From NCBI GenBank assembly GCA_964035545.1, contig OZ037771.1, positions 1,437,628 through 1,501,627 of the forward strand: 64,000 bases of DNA, given 5' to 3'. Of this stretch, positions 37,701 to 51,000 are shown in pieces; position 1 is the first letter of the stretch; every line of letters begins with the position of its first letter. The stretch comes from Bugula neritina (taxonomy: Eukaryota; Animalia; Bryozoa). A program made the translations under genes and the position numbers. The notes under the pieces are model-generated. The model saw only the letters and a list, made by a program, of their open reading frames with translations, ran no database searches and was not told where the DNA came from.

Positions 37701-37861
37701 AACTCCTGGTCTCTTTAAGTTCAGGTAAAGAGAAAAGCGTACCAAGTTTGTATCGATGGTTAATATTGAATTGTATTGTCTGTTGTAGGAAGAACGCTGT
37801 GTATATCAGTGCCAATCATCTGGTTCACCAGACTAATCAGATATTGCTAACTGTAGCGTAG
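34716..37861 (+). CDS. PDCD10: Programmed cell death protein 10 (CCM3)
   Basis: Exons 34716-34805, 35047-35204, 35533-35685, 35929-36093, 37789-37861. Motifs: [77 protein letters not shown]. Confidence 0.95.
36811..36872 (+). repeat. 20-bp tandem repeat x3 (CACAGTCTAAGGCTGTTGAA)
   Basis: Direct periodicity in the middle of PDCD10 intron 4. Confidence 0.9.
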
Positions 37862-39401
37862 ACCTACATGGCACATGGTTTTACTTACTTAATAGTTTCG
37901 CATACTGCCATATTGAATAGATTACAATAATTGTAAGCTTGATGCCTTTTCTATTAATAAAAATTATATTAATTTAATTTAATAATATAACAATCATTGA
38001 GATTAATATCACAAAGTTCTAACAGTTGATAGTATATTGGTAGTAATTTCTCCTGTATACAAATGGGTCTGATTCTTTTCATGACTTCCAAGACATAGTT
38101 TATTCTAAATTTTTCTACGGAATATCAATTTTCTTTTAAATGATCGCCTTGCAGGTTGTAGGCAGACATAATAGCAGACTCACAGCTTATCATGACTAAT
38201 GAATTTGTCTTTTCGTTCAGAATTATTATTTTTAGCTTTATGTGCTTGCAATTTTTGTGCTTTGTTACTCATCATTCACTATTAGCCTAGAAAATTATTT
38301 AATTCTACATTTCCAAGTTACCAGTATCTTGTTCCACTTGGAAGTTTATTAATTTATCATGTTTGAAATATTTTTTTTAACTTTTATAAGTATTATTACT
38401 AATAAACTTATGTCTATTATACTTATATATATTATAGTATTATGAATTTCTCACAATTGACTATTCATTATGATAAAGTGCAGCACGTCCCAGAAATCCT
38501 CATGATCTCACAATACCATTTCATATATTGAGCATTGTGTCCAACTTACTATCAATACACTTGAAATTGTGTCTAATGTATATGATCATCATTACTTGCA
38601 ACTTACAACACGACTGTATCATTAGCATTAGATTCATGTATTTGGTAAAATATGGCAACATTAGCTTTAGTAGAAATACAAAATTACAACAATAAATAAC
38701 AATAAGTCTTAAAATAGCATTATAGGTTACATATATGGAGGAACTACAGAAATTTTATTGGGGACCCCTCACCTGTGACACAGCGTCATACTGATGTCAT
38801 CCACTCATGGTATCACAAACCTATGACATACTGCATTGTACATACCATAAACCTATGACATCATTTAATATAATGAAATAACAGTCCTGTCCTACAGAAA
38901 CTAACACGTCATATGCTAGTGAGTAGTGCTGTTAAGTTCAATGACAAATGGTTAAACTACATAGCTAGAGTAAAAAGTATTAACTAATGAAATCATGACA
39001 AAATTGTTGGTTTAGCTGAAGTTGTTCTACCCTGGGGTACTGAACGCTTAGAATTACTCTAGAGGAGTAGTTAGTGTGATGAGTTACTCCAATGGATAGT
39101 TAACAAGTTATAGAGTCCATAAAATGCATGGAAACTACTATAACTTGATGACTATAGACGAACTGATAGTAACAGCTACAGCTAATGGTAAAGGCTCAAA
39201 CAAAACAGGAAATCAGCTTAAAAAGATGCGAACTGAGCAAAAACTAACATCAGTAAAATAAAGTTAATAGTTTGTTAGCACTGAGCACCTAAATAATAAA
39301 TAATAAGTGATTAGCATTTCTCATAACTTTCATTGTCTGTCTGTGCATTGCAAAATGTCTGGGCAGAGCACCCGGAAGGCGTAGAAGAGTAAGGAAGGTG
39401 C

Positions 39402-42400
39402 TCACAAGAACGGGTTGGTGGCTGCCGATTGCTGTGGTAGAGAAGCTCCTTGAGATGGCATCTACAAGACAATAGCTGGAGTTCTAGATTCCTCAGCTAA
39501 ATGTGAATGTCGAACATAACCGCAAGGCTTCATATAGTCGCTTAGCAGCTAGTCAAATGACTTGGTGACTGAATAGACAAAAATAGCTTATAATAAGCAG
39601 AAAAGCTAAGCTGTGTGTTTACCAACAATTCAATTATTTTTGTGAAGTGAGCAGTGAGCTCATTGGCAGCATTTCTACTCACTAAGAATGGGTTAACAGA
39701 AGACGCTGGCCACTGATTGGGTGCCGGTGCTGCTACGAACTGATTGGTCATGGCACCGGCAGCACCTCCCGTAGCAAAGTGCTGGGGCTGCATATTCATG
39801 GACATCTGGCCATTCATCTGAGAAGTAGGGAACGGCGTGTACCCACCCGCCATTGGCTGAGCAAGTGGAACTCCCATCTGAAACATTCACAACAGCCGTA
39901 AATATATTCACCTATTCAGTCCCATATAACCGAGTATATTTACCACATGATCATGCAAATAATTTAGCATACTATTAGAATAACACTCCACCCCTCCAGA
40001 AAAAAAGACTCAACTATAAAATGCATTCATACTCAAGCAGGTATCTTATAACTTCAGCGCTGACACATTGAGCTAACATCTAATAGCTATCATTCATCTT
40101 AGAAGTTACAGAGAGAGCACAACTCTAACTTGGTCACACACACAATACACATGTGGCGTTACCTGGAAAGGCGCCGTATTATTAGGAGCAGAGAAACCAC
40201 CGACACTCATGTTAGAGGGAGTTGCTCCCACATTCATAGGTTGTGTAGAAAATGCTCCATAGCCTGGATTCTGAGGGGTAGCAGTGACTAGGAATGGGTT
40301 CACACCTAGACCACACAAACATTACACGCTAGTTAAAACACAGTTAAATAACAACAGTATGTCATAGAAAAATAAACAAGTTAAAGCAGTAGCTGTGACT
40401 CTATACTGCTGTACTGGAGGTATGGAGGGAGAGCTGTGGAAAAACAGTGAAGTGGATTGACGTTGCCATGGAAACAATATAACACAATACAATTTAGCTG
40501 TAAACAATGCATATTCAGATGTAAAGCTTCATAAACTAGTAGAAGACAAATTGTAAATCAAAAAAGTACAATAATAACATGTGGGCATCCAGTTTAATAA
40601 TAACGGTGGAGAAATGTTTAGTTTATATTTTGTGCTCTACGACAACATTTTGATTAAAACTTGAGCGATCAGCAAAATATAGTAAATAAGACTTCATCTG
40701 AGAACTCTAGAAAGAGAAAACAAAATTAACTAAACACCATATCTTATTGTAAGCATTATTTTCAATAAATTTCTTTGATTGAAAGAGGCATAAGAATACA
40801 GTCTCTTCTCACCTGCAGATGGCGCCGGCGTACCACCCCACCCAGCTGTAGAAACTGGAGCCGCTTGAGCTGGCATACCTCCAAACACGTTACTATTAGG
40901 CTGGGTGGGTGCTGCTGCACCCCAACTAATACCAGTGCCGGGTGAAGAACCTAACGCTAAAACACAAGTTATGAGAAGTATTAATTGAAAAAGTGAATAT
41001 TGACAAAACACAGCCATGGAATTATTGTAATCACAGCTGCTGCACTTCACCACTATGTAGTATGTAGTGTGTAGTATAGAGTAGTGGACTGTGTGAAGAC
41101 CAACCAGTAGCTGGACCAGTAGCCGGACCAGGGGTGGAGCCAGTGGTGCTGCCACTCCAGTTGATAGCATTCCAGTTGACACCTGCTGACCCTTGACTAG
41201 GGGGCGCTGCTACCATAGACTCAGTGCTGTCGGAGAAGAGTCCCTCCAGACTGGCGTACTTGTTGCTAGCCAATCCTACGTCAGCGCTGGGCAGGTTTAC
41301 CGGAGCAGAGGTGGTCAATGTTGACCAGTTGTTTGCTGACACGACATTTCCACCTGTTACAAGGAGAAACACATGTGACTGCATGATGATGACTGGTTAC
41401 CTGATATGGACACATCACAAGGTGCGAACACAGGTGAAATCATACAGAATACAAACTTAGAAAATCAAATCAAAACAGCAAAATAACGCTTTTGATGACC
41501 CCAAACCTGATGACATTTAAAGAGCTAATTAGGATTTGTCTACACCTTCTAAATTCATCACCAGAGCCAAATTTAAGTTGATTTGAATGTAAAACTGAGT
41601 TTAGAATCTGGCTGATGGATTTTAGGCAGAAAAGAGACAATCAAAAATTTTTTTTGTATAATCATTGTGAATCAGTGGTGACTGAGTGACTGGAACGTAC
41701 TCAATGCTTTTGTACAGTGTGACATTGCACTGTGACATAGTGACACCACGCTGTGACATTACACTGTGACACAAAGTGTGACACACAAGGCCTCAAGGTA
41801 ACCATATGACTTGCAGAATTGTCTACCCCATGCGGACAACTCCTTTCAAATAATATGTTAACATATATACAGTTCTCTAGTGAGTATTGAGCATCATAGC
41901 ACTTCACTATGAGCACCTGTGAGCACCTGTGAGCACCTGTGGGCACGTGTAGGACAATCAATAATGTAAATGATAATCACATAGGAAATGTGACACTGGC
42001 ATTGTCTACTATACCATACCCTGGTCTGTGTCCTCATTACTGGTTGCAGCTACAACAGTGGCCACCAACACTTCACCCTCTGCAGTTATAGTATGGAAAT
42101 ATAACACACTTATTCAGGCAGGTCAAGTACACAAGTCATAGCTACTCTGTCTCTAGGACAGGTGAGGGCAGGTGGACAGAGTATGTGGATGACATATGTG
42201 CCTGGTTTGCCATCAAACTAATACGTTATAGTTTAGGATTTGTCTTTCCTGGGCAGGAGAAAGTTTTAGAAAGGTAACTAGGGAATGCAAGGGTGAGTTA
42301 GCAGAGAGACCCACCTTTAGATGAGAGTGAGTTGCCAGACATCATTGGCTGACTATTTGGCATCGGGTTGGATGGTGCTGGCTGAGACACTCCACCAAAG

Positions 42401-45400
42401 TTAGCAAAGTTCGGTTGAGTGAAATCATTCGAAGTCGGGGCTCCTTTGGACGTCCCAAAAACATCAGAAAGAAGATCAGCCGAAGATGATACTGAGTTCT
42501 GTGTTGATGGTGCGGGTTGCGGGGCGGGTGCTGGAGTGTTCGCCAATGAGTTTGCCGCAGAGACAGAGACTGGAGGAGGAATAGTCTAGAAGTATATAAA
42601 CAATGTATGATGTATTGTGATACTCACTATGAGTATCATTTTTGAACAGGAATGGAATTTTACCTTCATCACATATTATCACTCTCTACACTCAGTTTAC
42701 GTAACATATATTTTCACCTTGTGCTTCATTCACAGATAACCTAAGAGCACTGTGAGGAATTTATGAAATGTGTTAGCCCCTGATAGGCTACATATTCTAC
42801 TTACTAACTATTCCCCTCTCCCCTACTTACTAACTAGTCCCCTCTCCCGAAATGTTTCACTGAAAACTCAGGCAATGAAGTTGGTGAAAAGAATTATTGC
42901 TGAACAAGCAAAAGTAAATGTCAGTGATAACAAAAGGTTCCATTCAAGTAATTTAGTACTTCATATGATAACTGATAACACTCAATGAGCATTGACTGAA
43001 CAATTCAACAGGGAGAATTGACTCATAGAGTATCCTAAGTCACAGTACTGGCTGCAGGAGAGTAGCATGCAATGACTGAAGCACCTTGGGTAGTGACGAA
43101 GTGGTCCCCGGGGAGGAAGTCTGTATTCTGAAGCCTCCAACCATTGGACGTCTGACAACAGACCCTGTAGTGCTACTCTGAGCTGTGTTCTGGTTGTTCA
43201 TCACCTTAGCCGCTTCAGCGAGATCATCAGTGGGCGCCTGGTACCACCGTTTCCTCTCGTACTTTTGAGTTATATAGTCTCTAAGTCTAATTTCGTCTTT
43301 TGTATCCATCTGAGGGGGCTGTTTGGTATCATGTAGCCCCAGCCAGACTTGCCTGTTGTACTGTAAGTAGTGTAAGTATCATCAGCTAGTAGTTACAGTG
43401 CACAAAACTGTTTGGAAAAGTTAGCTATTATCTGGTAACAATTGCAGTGACCTTATTGTTACATTTGTTTAATCAAAGTAAGCAGTTATCTGTCACAATA
43501 GATATTATTGTAGACTGAAAGGCTTTGCAAGACTAATTTCAAGAATTTATTATGATAGTACAACAGAAGATAAAAACTAGCAGTGAGTTGAACATCTGGT
43601 GTTGATTGTATAACTGGTGGTTCAACAGAGAGTACAGTGATTTTCATGCAAATAGAAATAGTATTCAGTAAAATTCCATTTGATTGTACCACTTGGTGTT
43701 GTAAGGGGAACCACAAAAGCATACAGGAAATTGACAAGTCTAAAGGTCAGGGTTTGCAAATATAAACATCAAAGTGACTATTGAAAAAATAGTAGGGTTT
43801 GTAACTTTCAAACTGTAGCTGTAGGCATGACTCTATAACTGTCTAAAATGCTGTATAACTTATTTATAATTTTAGGCATTCTTCAAATTTTGACTGAAAA
43901 AATTAGTGTAAGCTAATTCAAAGATATCATGTAAACAGGTAGATAAAAAGGTTTCATTACAGCCAAGTCCTGTGCTACATTGAGTTAATTGATGATATTT
44001 TTCTGATAATGTTATATTATTTGACCCAAAACCTTACATAACTTTTTAACAAATCACATAGTTTGCAGACTAACACAACTTTGGTACACCAACAAACAAG
44101 CGACTCAAACAAGACACAAAAAACATTAAACATTGCTATATGACAGGCAGGCATCACTGTGAATGTGACATTACTAAGACCACAGGAATAACAGGAATTA
44201 ATTCAAGAGCTAAAATGGAAACACAAGGAGTCGAAGCAACAGTGAACGAAAATTCAATTAAGATTATTACTGGCCAAGTATTTATCACAATTCGGCATCA
44301 AAAAAGAATTCATTTGAGCAGTATGTCTGGGATAACAAGAGAATAATGATGATGATAGAGTTATCCCCACCTCTCATCGTCCTATGTAATTGTTCTAAGA
44401 ATAAATCCTAGTGAGCCATGATTTATCTTCTAGATAAGCCATTCATATTGAAAATGTGAGAAAATAGGATAATAAGGCAAGTACCAAGGTGGTAACTACT
44501 AGAACTAGTGATATAACTTGACTTACAAGGAGTTTGCAAACATACAGAATAATTTTTATCAACTACTACTGATATTAGAGGTGCAAGACGAATCTTCTGA
44601 TTCAGGTACCCAAGACTCTGTAGTCAGGAGACTTCCTAGAGTGGACAACTCTTACCTCATTTCCTCTTTGGGCTAACAAATCAACTTCTTCCTGTGTGAA
44701 ACTGGCCATAGATATAGACTTTACCCTGTGTGGAGGATTTATGCCACGCCTGTAAAAATGGCTGACTCATAGAAAAATTCAGAGGATGAAAAGAGAAAAT
44801 TAAATTAAATTAACAGAGTACCAGTACTACTGGTGCATTACCAGTACTTTTAGTAGAGTAGCAGTACAACTTGTGGAGTATCAGTACTATTAGTAGAGTA
44901 GCAGTACAACTAGTGGAGTATCAGTACTATTAGTAGAGTAGCAGTACAACTAGTGGAGTATCAGTACTATTAGTAGAGTAGCAATACAACTAGTAGAGTA
45001 TCAGTACTGTTAGTAGAATACCAATACTATCATCAAATAAACCAAAGGTAAATTTATGTTTAATGAAAGCAGATAGAACATAAAGCTATCTCATTATTAT
45101 ATGCATACAATTTACATAACAGAAACTTCCACAATTGTATCAGGCAATAACGTAATGTTATTGGTGTCCGGACAACAAAGGTTAATCTTGACTAACGCAG
45201 GCAATCACTATTTCATGTGAATCAATCATATTATCTCCATGATATTACTTTGACATATTAATAGCAAAGCTTGGCAAATGTTCCCATTTAAATCTGAAAG
45301 GAAAAATATTGTAACCCATTAACAACTAGAACAGCAGAAATCTTTAGAATACTTTTTCAGAAAGAGAATCCTATTTTCTTTTCTTTATCATTTGCATTTC

Positions 45401-46704
45401 CTATAATAAAGAAGCACCTGTGGTCCAATAAATGAAGCTATATGATAAAATCATGCTAAGCATCTAATCAACCTAAGGCTGTGTTGCCACCATGACTTGA
45501 GACAAAAGGAGTTTGTTATCTTTAAACAAACTACTGGTATGGGCAAGTCGAGAGATCGCGACCATCAATAAACAAAAGTAATTATTTTGCGTTTCAAAAC
45601 ATTAGATGCAATCCTAAAGCCATAAATAAAAACCTTTGAGTGTTAACTCTACGCTCTGTTGAATAGTTTAAAGTCAAGAACCACAATTACCACACAATTT
45701 AGGTAACTTAAACTTGATAAAATATTGTGAAAACGAAGCAATTTACTTTAGACTCAGGCTTACAAACATAGTAACTTAATTTTCAGTGTACTCTCAAAGA
45801 ATGAAATAGTAAATCTCTTGAATCTGGCTTTGCTTACACTTACAGTTACCAGCATAACAGTAAGTCTAACTTTTTACAGTATCCCCACTCCCGGTGCCCT
45901 AATGATAACGATAACTCCAATAAACTTAGAATATTAAAATTAGAAGACGTATAAGTATAACTATAATTTCCCTTTAACCATAACCGTAAGATCACTATAA
46001 ATTATAAACCAAGGCCAATGTAATGGTTATACATTTAATTTTATAGTACAACTATAATTAACTTCAAGTTTAACTATTACCTTGGCCTTGGGCAATATTA
46101 ATACTAATAGTAATACTAAATATCTAAATCTAATAGCCATGCCCATAGGCAATAGCCACAGGCTTAAGCTTGAGCTTTTAGCTCACTATTAGCTCAAGCT
46201 GAAACTGTACTTCGCACTTGATTTATTTTAAAAATATTATATAATATAATATATTTAATTTTATTATAATTTAAATTATATGTTTCATTGTTTGTCGTTT
46301 GAAATTGATGTTTCAGCGTTTTTACCTTCAGATTCAGATTAATTACGCCAATAATCATCTATTTATCAAAATTATAATTTAAAATGAATTTTCGTCATTG
46401 AATCTTTCTAGAAAGTAGAAGTATTAGCACTAGTAGTAGTACTATTCTACTAGTAGTCGTAGAACTAGAAGTAGAACTACAATTACTTTAAGTTTAACTT
46501 TACGATATAGTATATACTAATACTTTTAATTTTTGAAACTTACAGTATGCCACTACACGCAGTACAGACATAGGATCCTATAGTCATATTTACATAAGTT
46601 GGTCCTCTTTGGCCACAATCAAAACAGTGTCTGTTGTGTGGCAAAGCGACCATTCGCCTTAAAAATTGAATTCTCTTTTCTTCTTGCTGTTTAGCGGCTG
46701 CCAT
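39402..46704 (-). CDS. AGFG1: Arf-GAP domain and FG repeat-containing protein (HRB/drongo family)
   Basis: Exons 46544-46704, 44656-44749, 43085-43360, 42315-42585, 41105-41353, 40813-40950, 40163-40305, 39683-39877, 39402-39461. ArfGAP Zn finger CFDCGQRGPTYVNMTIGSYVCTACSGILRGINPPHRVKSISM; KYERKRWY; FANFG; three NPF motifs, ending TNPFL*. Confidence 0.93.
44815..45030. repeat. 40-bp (2x20) intronic minisatellite
   Basis: TAGTAGAGTAGCAGTACAACTAGTGGAGTATCAGTACTAT periodicity, about 65 nt upstream of the AGFG1 acceptor at 44750. Confidence 0.9.
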
Positions 46705-46910
46705 GATTTTTGCTTTCCTGTTTACTGCTTAGATTAAGGTTCAAGGTTTCCAAAGAATTTTCGGGCAAATCCCATGCTACTTCAACAAAGTTTTACTTAC
46801 TCACGTGCTTCACGGTAGAAGAGATTCCGGATTATTCAACTCTAATTGGCCAATGTATTGGAAAAGACTAGGAAGGCGGTAACTTCTTTGACTAGGATTT
46901 CGGTCTATTA
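46705..46910. promoter_or_regulatory. Probable bidirectional promoter core for AGFG1/BLTP1
   Basis: Head-to-head ATGs at 46704 (-) and 48018 (+). E-box TCACGTG at 46801 and TTGGCCAAT near 46846, with AT-rich flanks. Confidence 0.5.
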
Positions 46911-48017
46911 TTGTTATAATCTTTGCTATTTAGAATCCACACATTCACTTACAGTTACTAGAAATTATTACTATTAGTATTATAATAAATTAGTATTAAA
47001 TCACTCAATAATCAATAAAAGTATTTAATACATTATTATAGTGTTCATCAAATGTTTCATTTTTCCAGTTGTAAATAATTAAATTACAATTTAATGAAAT
47101 TAAAAATAAATAATAATATTAATATATCATTATGATTATGATTATCAAATTCAATGTGAGCATGATATTGACAATCATAATGAAAATGACTTATTATTGT
47201 ATTGTAGTAATAATTATAACAATACTGCTGCTAATACTAATAGTAATAATACTAATATAGTTATACTTATTGCAAATGGTAGAATAAGAATGAGAATCAG
47301 TTGAGTTGGAGTATCACTATGACTATGAGTGACTATCAGTATCACTATCAGGGTAAGAATAAATGTTGCTGTATTGCAGTATTAGTATTGTATTTCAATA
47401 TGTTAATTTATTTAATTAAATCGTTAATGATTAAATTTAATTTCAAATATAAATCTAAATGAGAATAAACTAAAACTTAGATTTACTTTTAGAATAAATT
47501 GTTAATCGAAATGATAGAATAATTAGATTCATGTTAAACTTAATCATAATTATCAATATAAACAAACATACCTTTTTTCACGTTAGTTTTAACAATATAA
47601 ATAACATTAAACGTGTCAAGACTTAGAAATTAGAACTTAGAGTTAGTGTCTTGTATACTATCATTATGTCTTCTCAATACTGTCATTATTGGTTAGCCTG
47701 TTACTATTGGTGAGTTTAGCTGTTATTGCTTAGTTCTTTATTACAACGTGGAGTATGGAGTATGAATATAACCATGGTATGACTATAGAATGTTATTATC
47801 ACTATTATTATGATTAAGTTCATCATCTCTTTGTTTGAAACAGTTTTCTGTAAACGAATTCTATTTTCGTTTATTTGTAGCTGCTTCAACTGGTACATCA
47901 AGTTCTACAGTAGCTTTTTTATTTTTTACTTCTAGTTTAATGTTTACCATGAGTCATCTTGATACTCATGAATGTGCTGGGTCCACGAGTGTCATGGTCC
48001 GCTAGTACAAGACAATC

Positions 48018-51000
48018 ATGTCCAACACTGTGAGTCTCCCTGGGTTGAACTCAGATGCTGACGATATCACCGAACTGATCTCTACGACATCGCCAAATAC
48101 TACTGTTGCCCCTTCATTTATAGATCAATTGAAAGGCATGTCTCTTGAACAATACTCTATGTAAGTTATTCATGCATGCAGTACCTGCTAATTTTATAGT
48201 TTCTTTGCTTTCATATTAAGTTAAAACAAAATACAAATTAGCGAAATATACTGTGCAAAAGCACTGCAGGTAGTTGAGTAAATCTTGGGGGGAGAAGGAA
48301 GTTAGGGTTGGTTTTTTAGTCTTTGTTTGATTTATCATTTTCAACATAAAAATGCCTGATTGTTTATCAAACTGATGCCGTTAATTGTTTTGTATTGAAA
48401 TAATTAAACATAGTATTTGATCTGCAATTGATAGGAAGAACATGTCAATTTTCTAAAGATTGAAGGTACTTGTACTCTAATTGATTCAAACTATTTGGTG
48501 TTTTTGCAGATATAAAATATGAATATTTATTTGATTATAGTTAGTACTTTTATTCAATGTAATCACCTCTTTTGTGCAGCTGCACAGACATATATTGTGT
48601 GTCATCTTGTAGAGTGCTGATAGTCAGTGTTGTGGCCATAATATGGGGCGTCTACATAACCCTCTACAACTCAAGAGTGGTTGGAGCTATTCTAACATTC
48701 TTCATCAACAAATTATACCGTGATACTTATATCAAATTTGGTAAGGCTATGCTAATACTTCAATGTTCAAAAGACACATTTTCATTTTCCAAAATCAGTT
48801 GTTGCTCTGCAATAATTCGCCAATACCCAGCCTTTCATGCTGTTAGATAATGTTGGTGTATTTGTCAATTGAACAGCATAGCTGCAGTGTGAGAATAATA
48901 TTGTTGGAATAATTGTCATGTTTTTTGCCCGAGGTTGGAGCTTCTTAAACTTAGTTTGGTAGAGCATTTCAAAATCAACAAACATTTTAAATGAAAAGGT
49001 TGCTAAGATTTTTTTGCTTCCAAACTAATCATTGGATTATAACTAATTGTATCAAAGTAATCAATGGAAGCTGTTTTCCTAATAGAACTTAGCATTGATA
49101 GTTCAAAGTATTTATTGCACTAATAGTTTCAATCACTTTGTTGCCCTCATATTTGTCTCTTATGTGTTGCCTGCAACCGTTTGTATTTTAGGTTCATTTT
49201 CAATCTCTATACTTGGAGGCAAGATAATGTTCAGAGATGTGCATTACATCACCTTTGACTACTCTCTCCGTATACAGTATGGCTATGCAATATTCAGGTG
49301 ATGTTCTACAGGGTTATCGTCTATATATCTTGTGCAGCAGGAGGGGGATTCTGTATTTCTGCAATATTGTTTACTTAGGTTGCTTTTTTATCCCAACAAG
49401 ATTTTTGAGTGGCTGGTTGATATGACTCATGTTTTGAATGCATCAGCGTGTCGGATTTCATTACCGTCTGACAGCGCAACTTTTGGTTTCTCATATATGA
49501 CATTTCTATATGACAGCTGAATTTATGTTTCAGATGGTGGAAGCCCTTTACTCCGAGGGCAACACTGGATGAGGCTACTGCAGATTCTACCAGATTGTCG
49601 TTCCACATCGAAGGACTAGAGGTTAGCTCCGAAATATTATTGTGATATAAAATATGATGTCACACAGTCACATGTCTCACACTGTCACATGTGTTACACC
49701 CTCACTTATGTTGCACTGTCACATAAATCTCACACTGTCACATACTGCTAATCATGTAAAATTTCAATGGGTTGGTTTTACATGCAGAGGATTATTATAT
49801 AATATATCCAATGCACTGTGCATGTTCTAAGTTTCCTATCAACGCAAGCCGCATGTGAATCCCACGTATTTTATACACTGTAGTTTTATCACATAAAGAT
49901 GTTATATACACTGTAGTTTCATCACATATAAAAGACATTATATACACTGTAGTTTCATGTATACAACCGGTGTAACGAGTACGCCAGATTGGAGAAGCTG
50001 TTCAACATGGACGAGCTGATGATCCCCGAGCTGGAACATCTGGCGAGGGAGGAGCAGGAGAGGAAGAGGACAGAGAGCACAACTCCTGAGAAAGTAGACG
50101 AGTCATGGTTCAAGTGGAGAGACCTGATTCCTGTCATCAAAGCTGACATTTCAGAGGTGATGAGTTTTTCTGCTGAAATATTTTAGTTTAAATTTTCAAT
50201 TTCAAGTTTTCTGTCAACTTCATTTCAGAATTTATAGTTTAGTTGGAGTTATATTAAAGTCAATAAAGAATATTGTTTGAATCAATTTTAATTTTCTTTA
50301 TGTGGGTGCTGCACGGGTTGCAGGGTGGAAATAAAGATCTATAGCACTATTATATTTAAATTACTATCTTATATTCTCCACTTTATATTCTAAAGAGTCA
50401 CTTTATACTCAACAGTGGTCTAAACAAGGCACCGTTGTAGTAGTATTGCTTCTCTAATAAAATTGGTTTCCTTCAGGCAAGAGTTATATTTGGTAACCAA
50501 CTGCTGCCCTCTTCTCTGGTCGTACGAATTGAAGAGGCTAAGTGCACCTACTCCACTCGCAATGCCTCCAACCAAACTGATCTCTTCATGCACATGTTGA
50601 AGTGTCAGGCGGAGAATGTTAGAGTCATGTTCACCCCCAACCAGGCGTATAAAGGAGTTGAAGATCTGTAAGTCTACGTTATGTGACATTACTGTACTTT
50701 TTGGTGGGATTATTATTTTTATTATTATTATTATTGTACAAAATACAATTTCATTCAACAACTTTACAATAAAAGATATGATTTCAATTAGACACTTCAC
50801 TATACGAGATATGTTTTACTTATTTATGAAGGAGATTGCTCTGCGAGTTCATTTCAATCTAACCACTTTTTTGATACTTACAAAAAGATTTTGTAGTGCA
50901 GAAAAAACATAAGGAAGTTGATTCTTTGGAGTTGTCTTCTAATGAAGTAAATATTTTGTGAAATGTAAATTCTCCACCTGCTTCCTTTTAAATTTTATTG

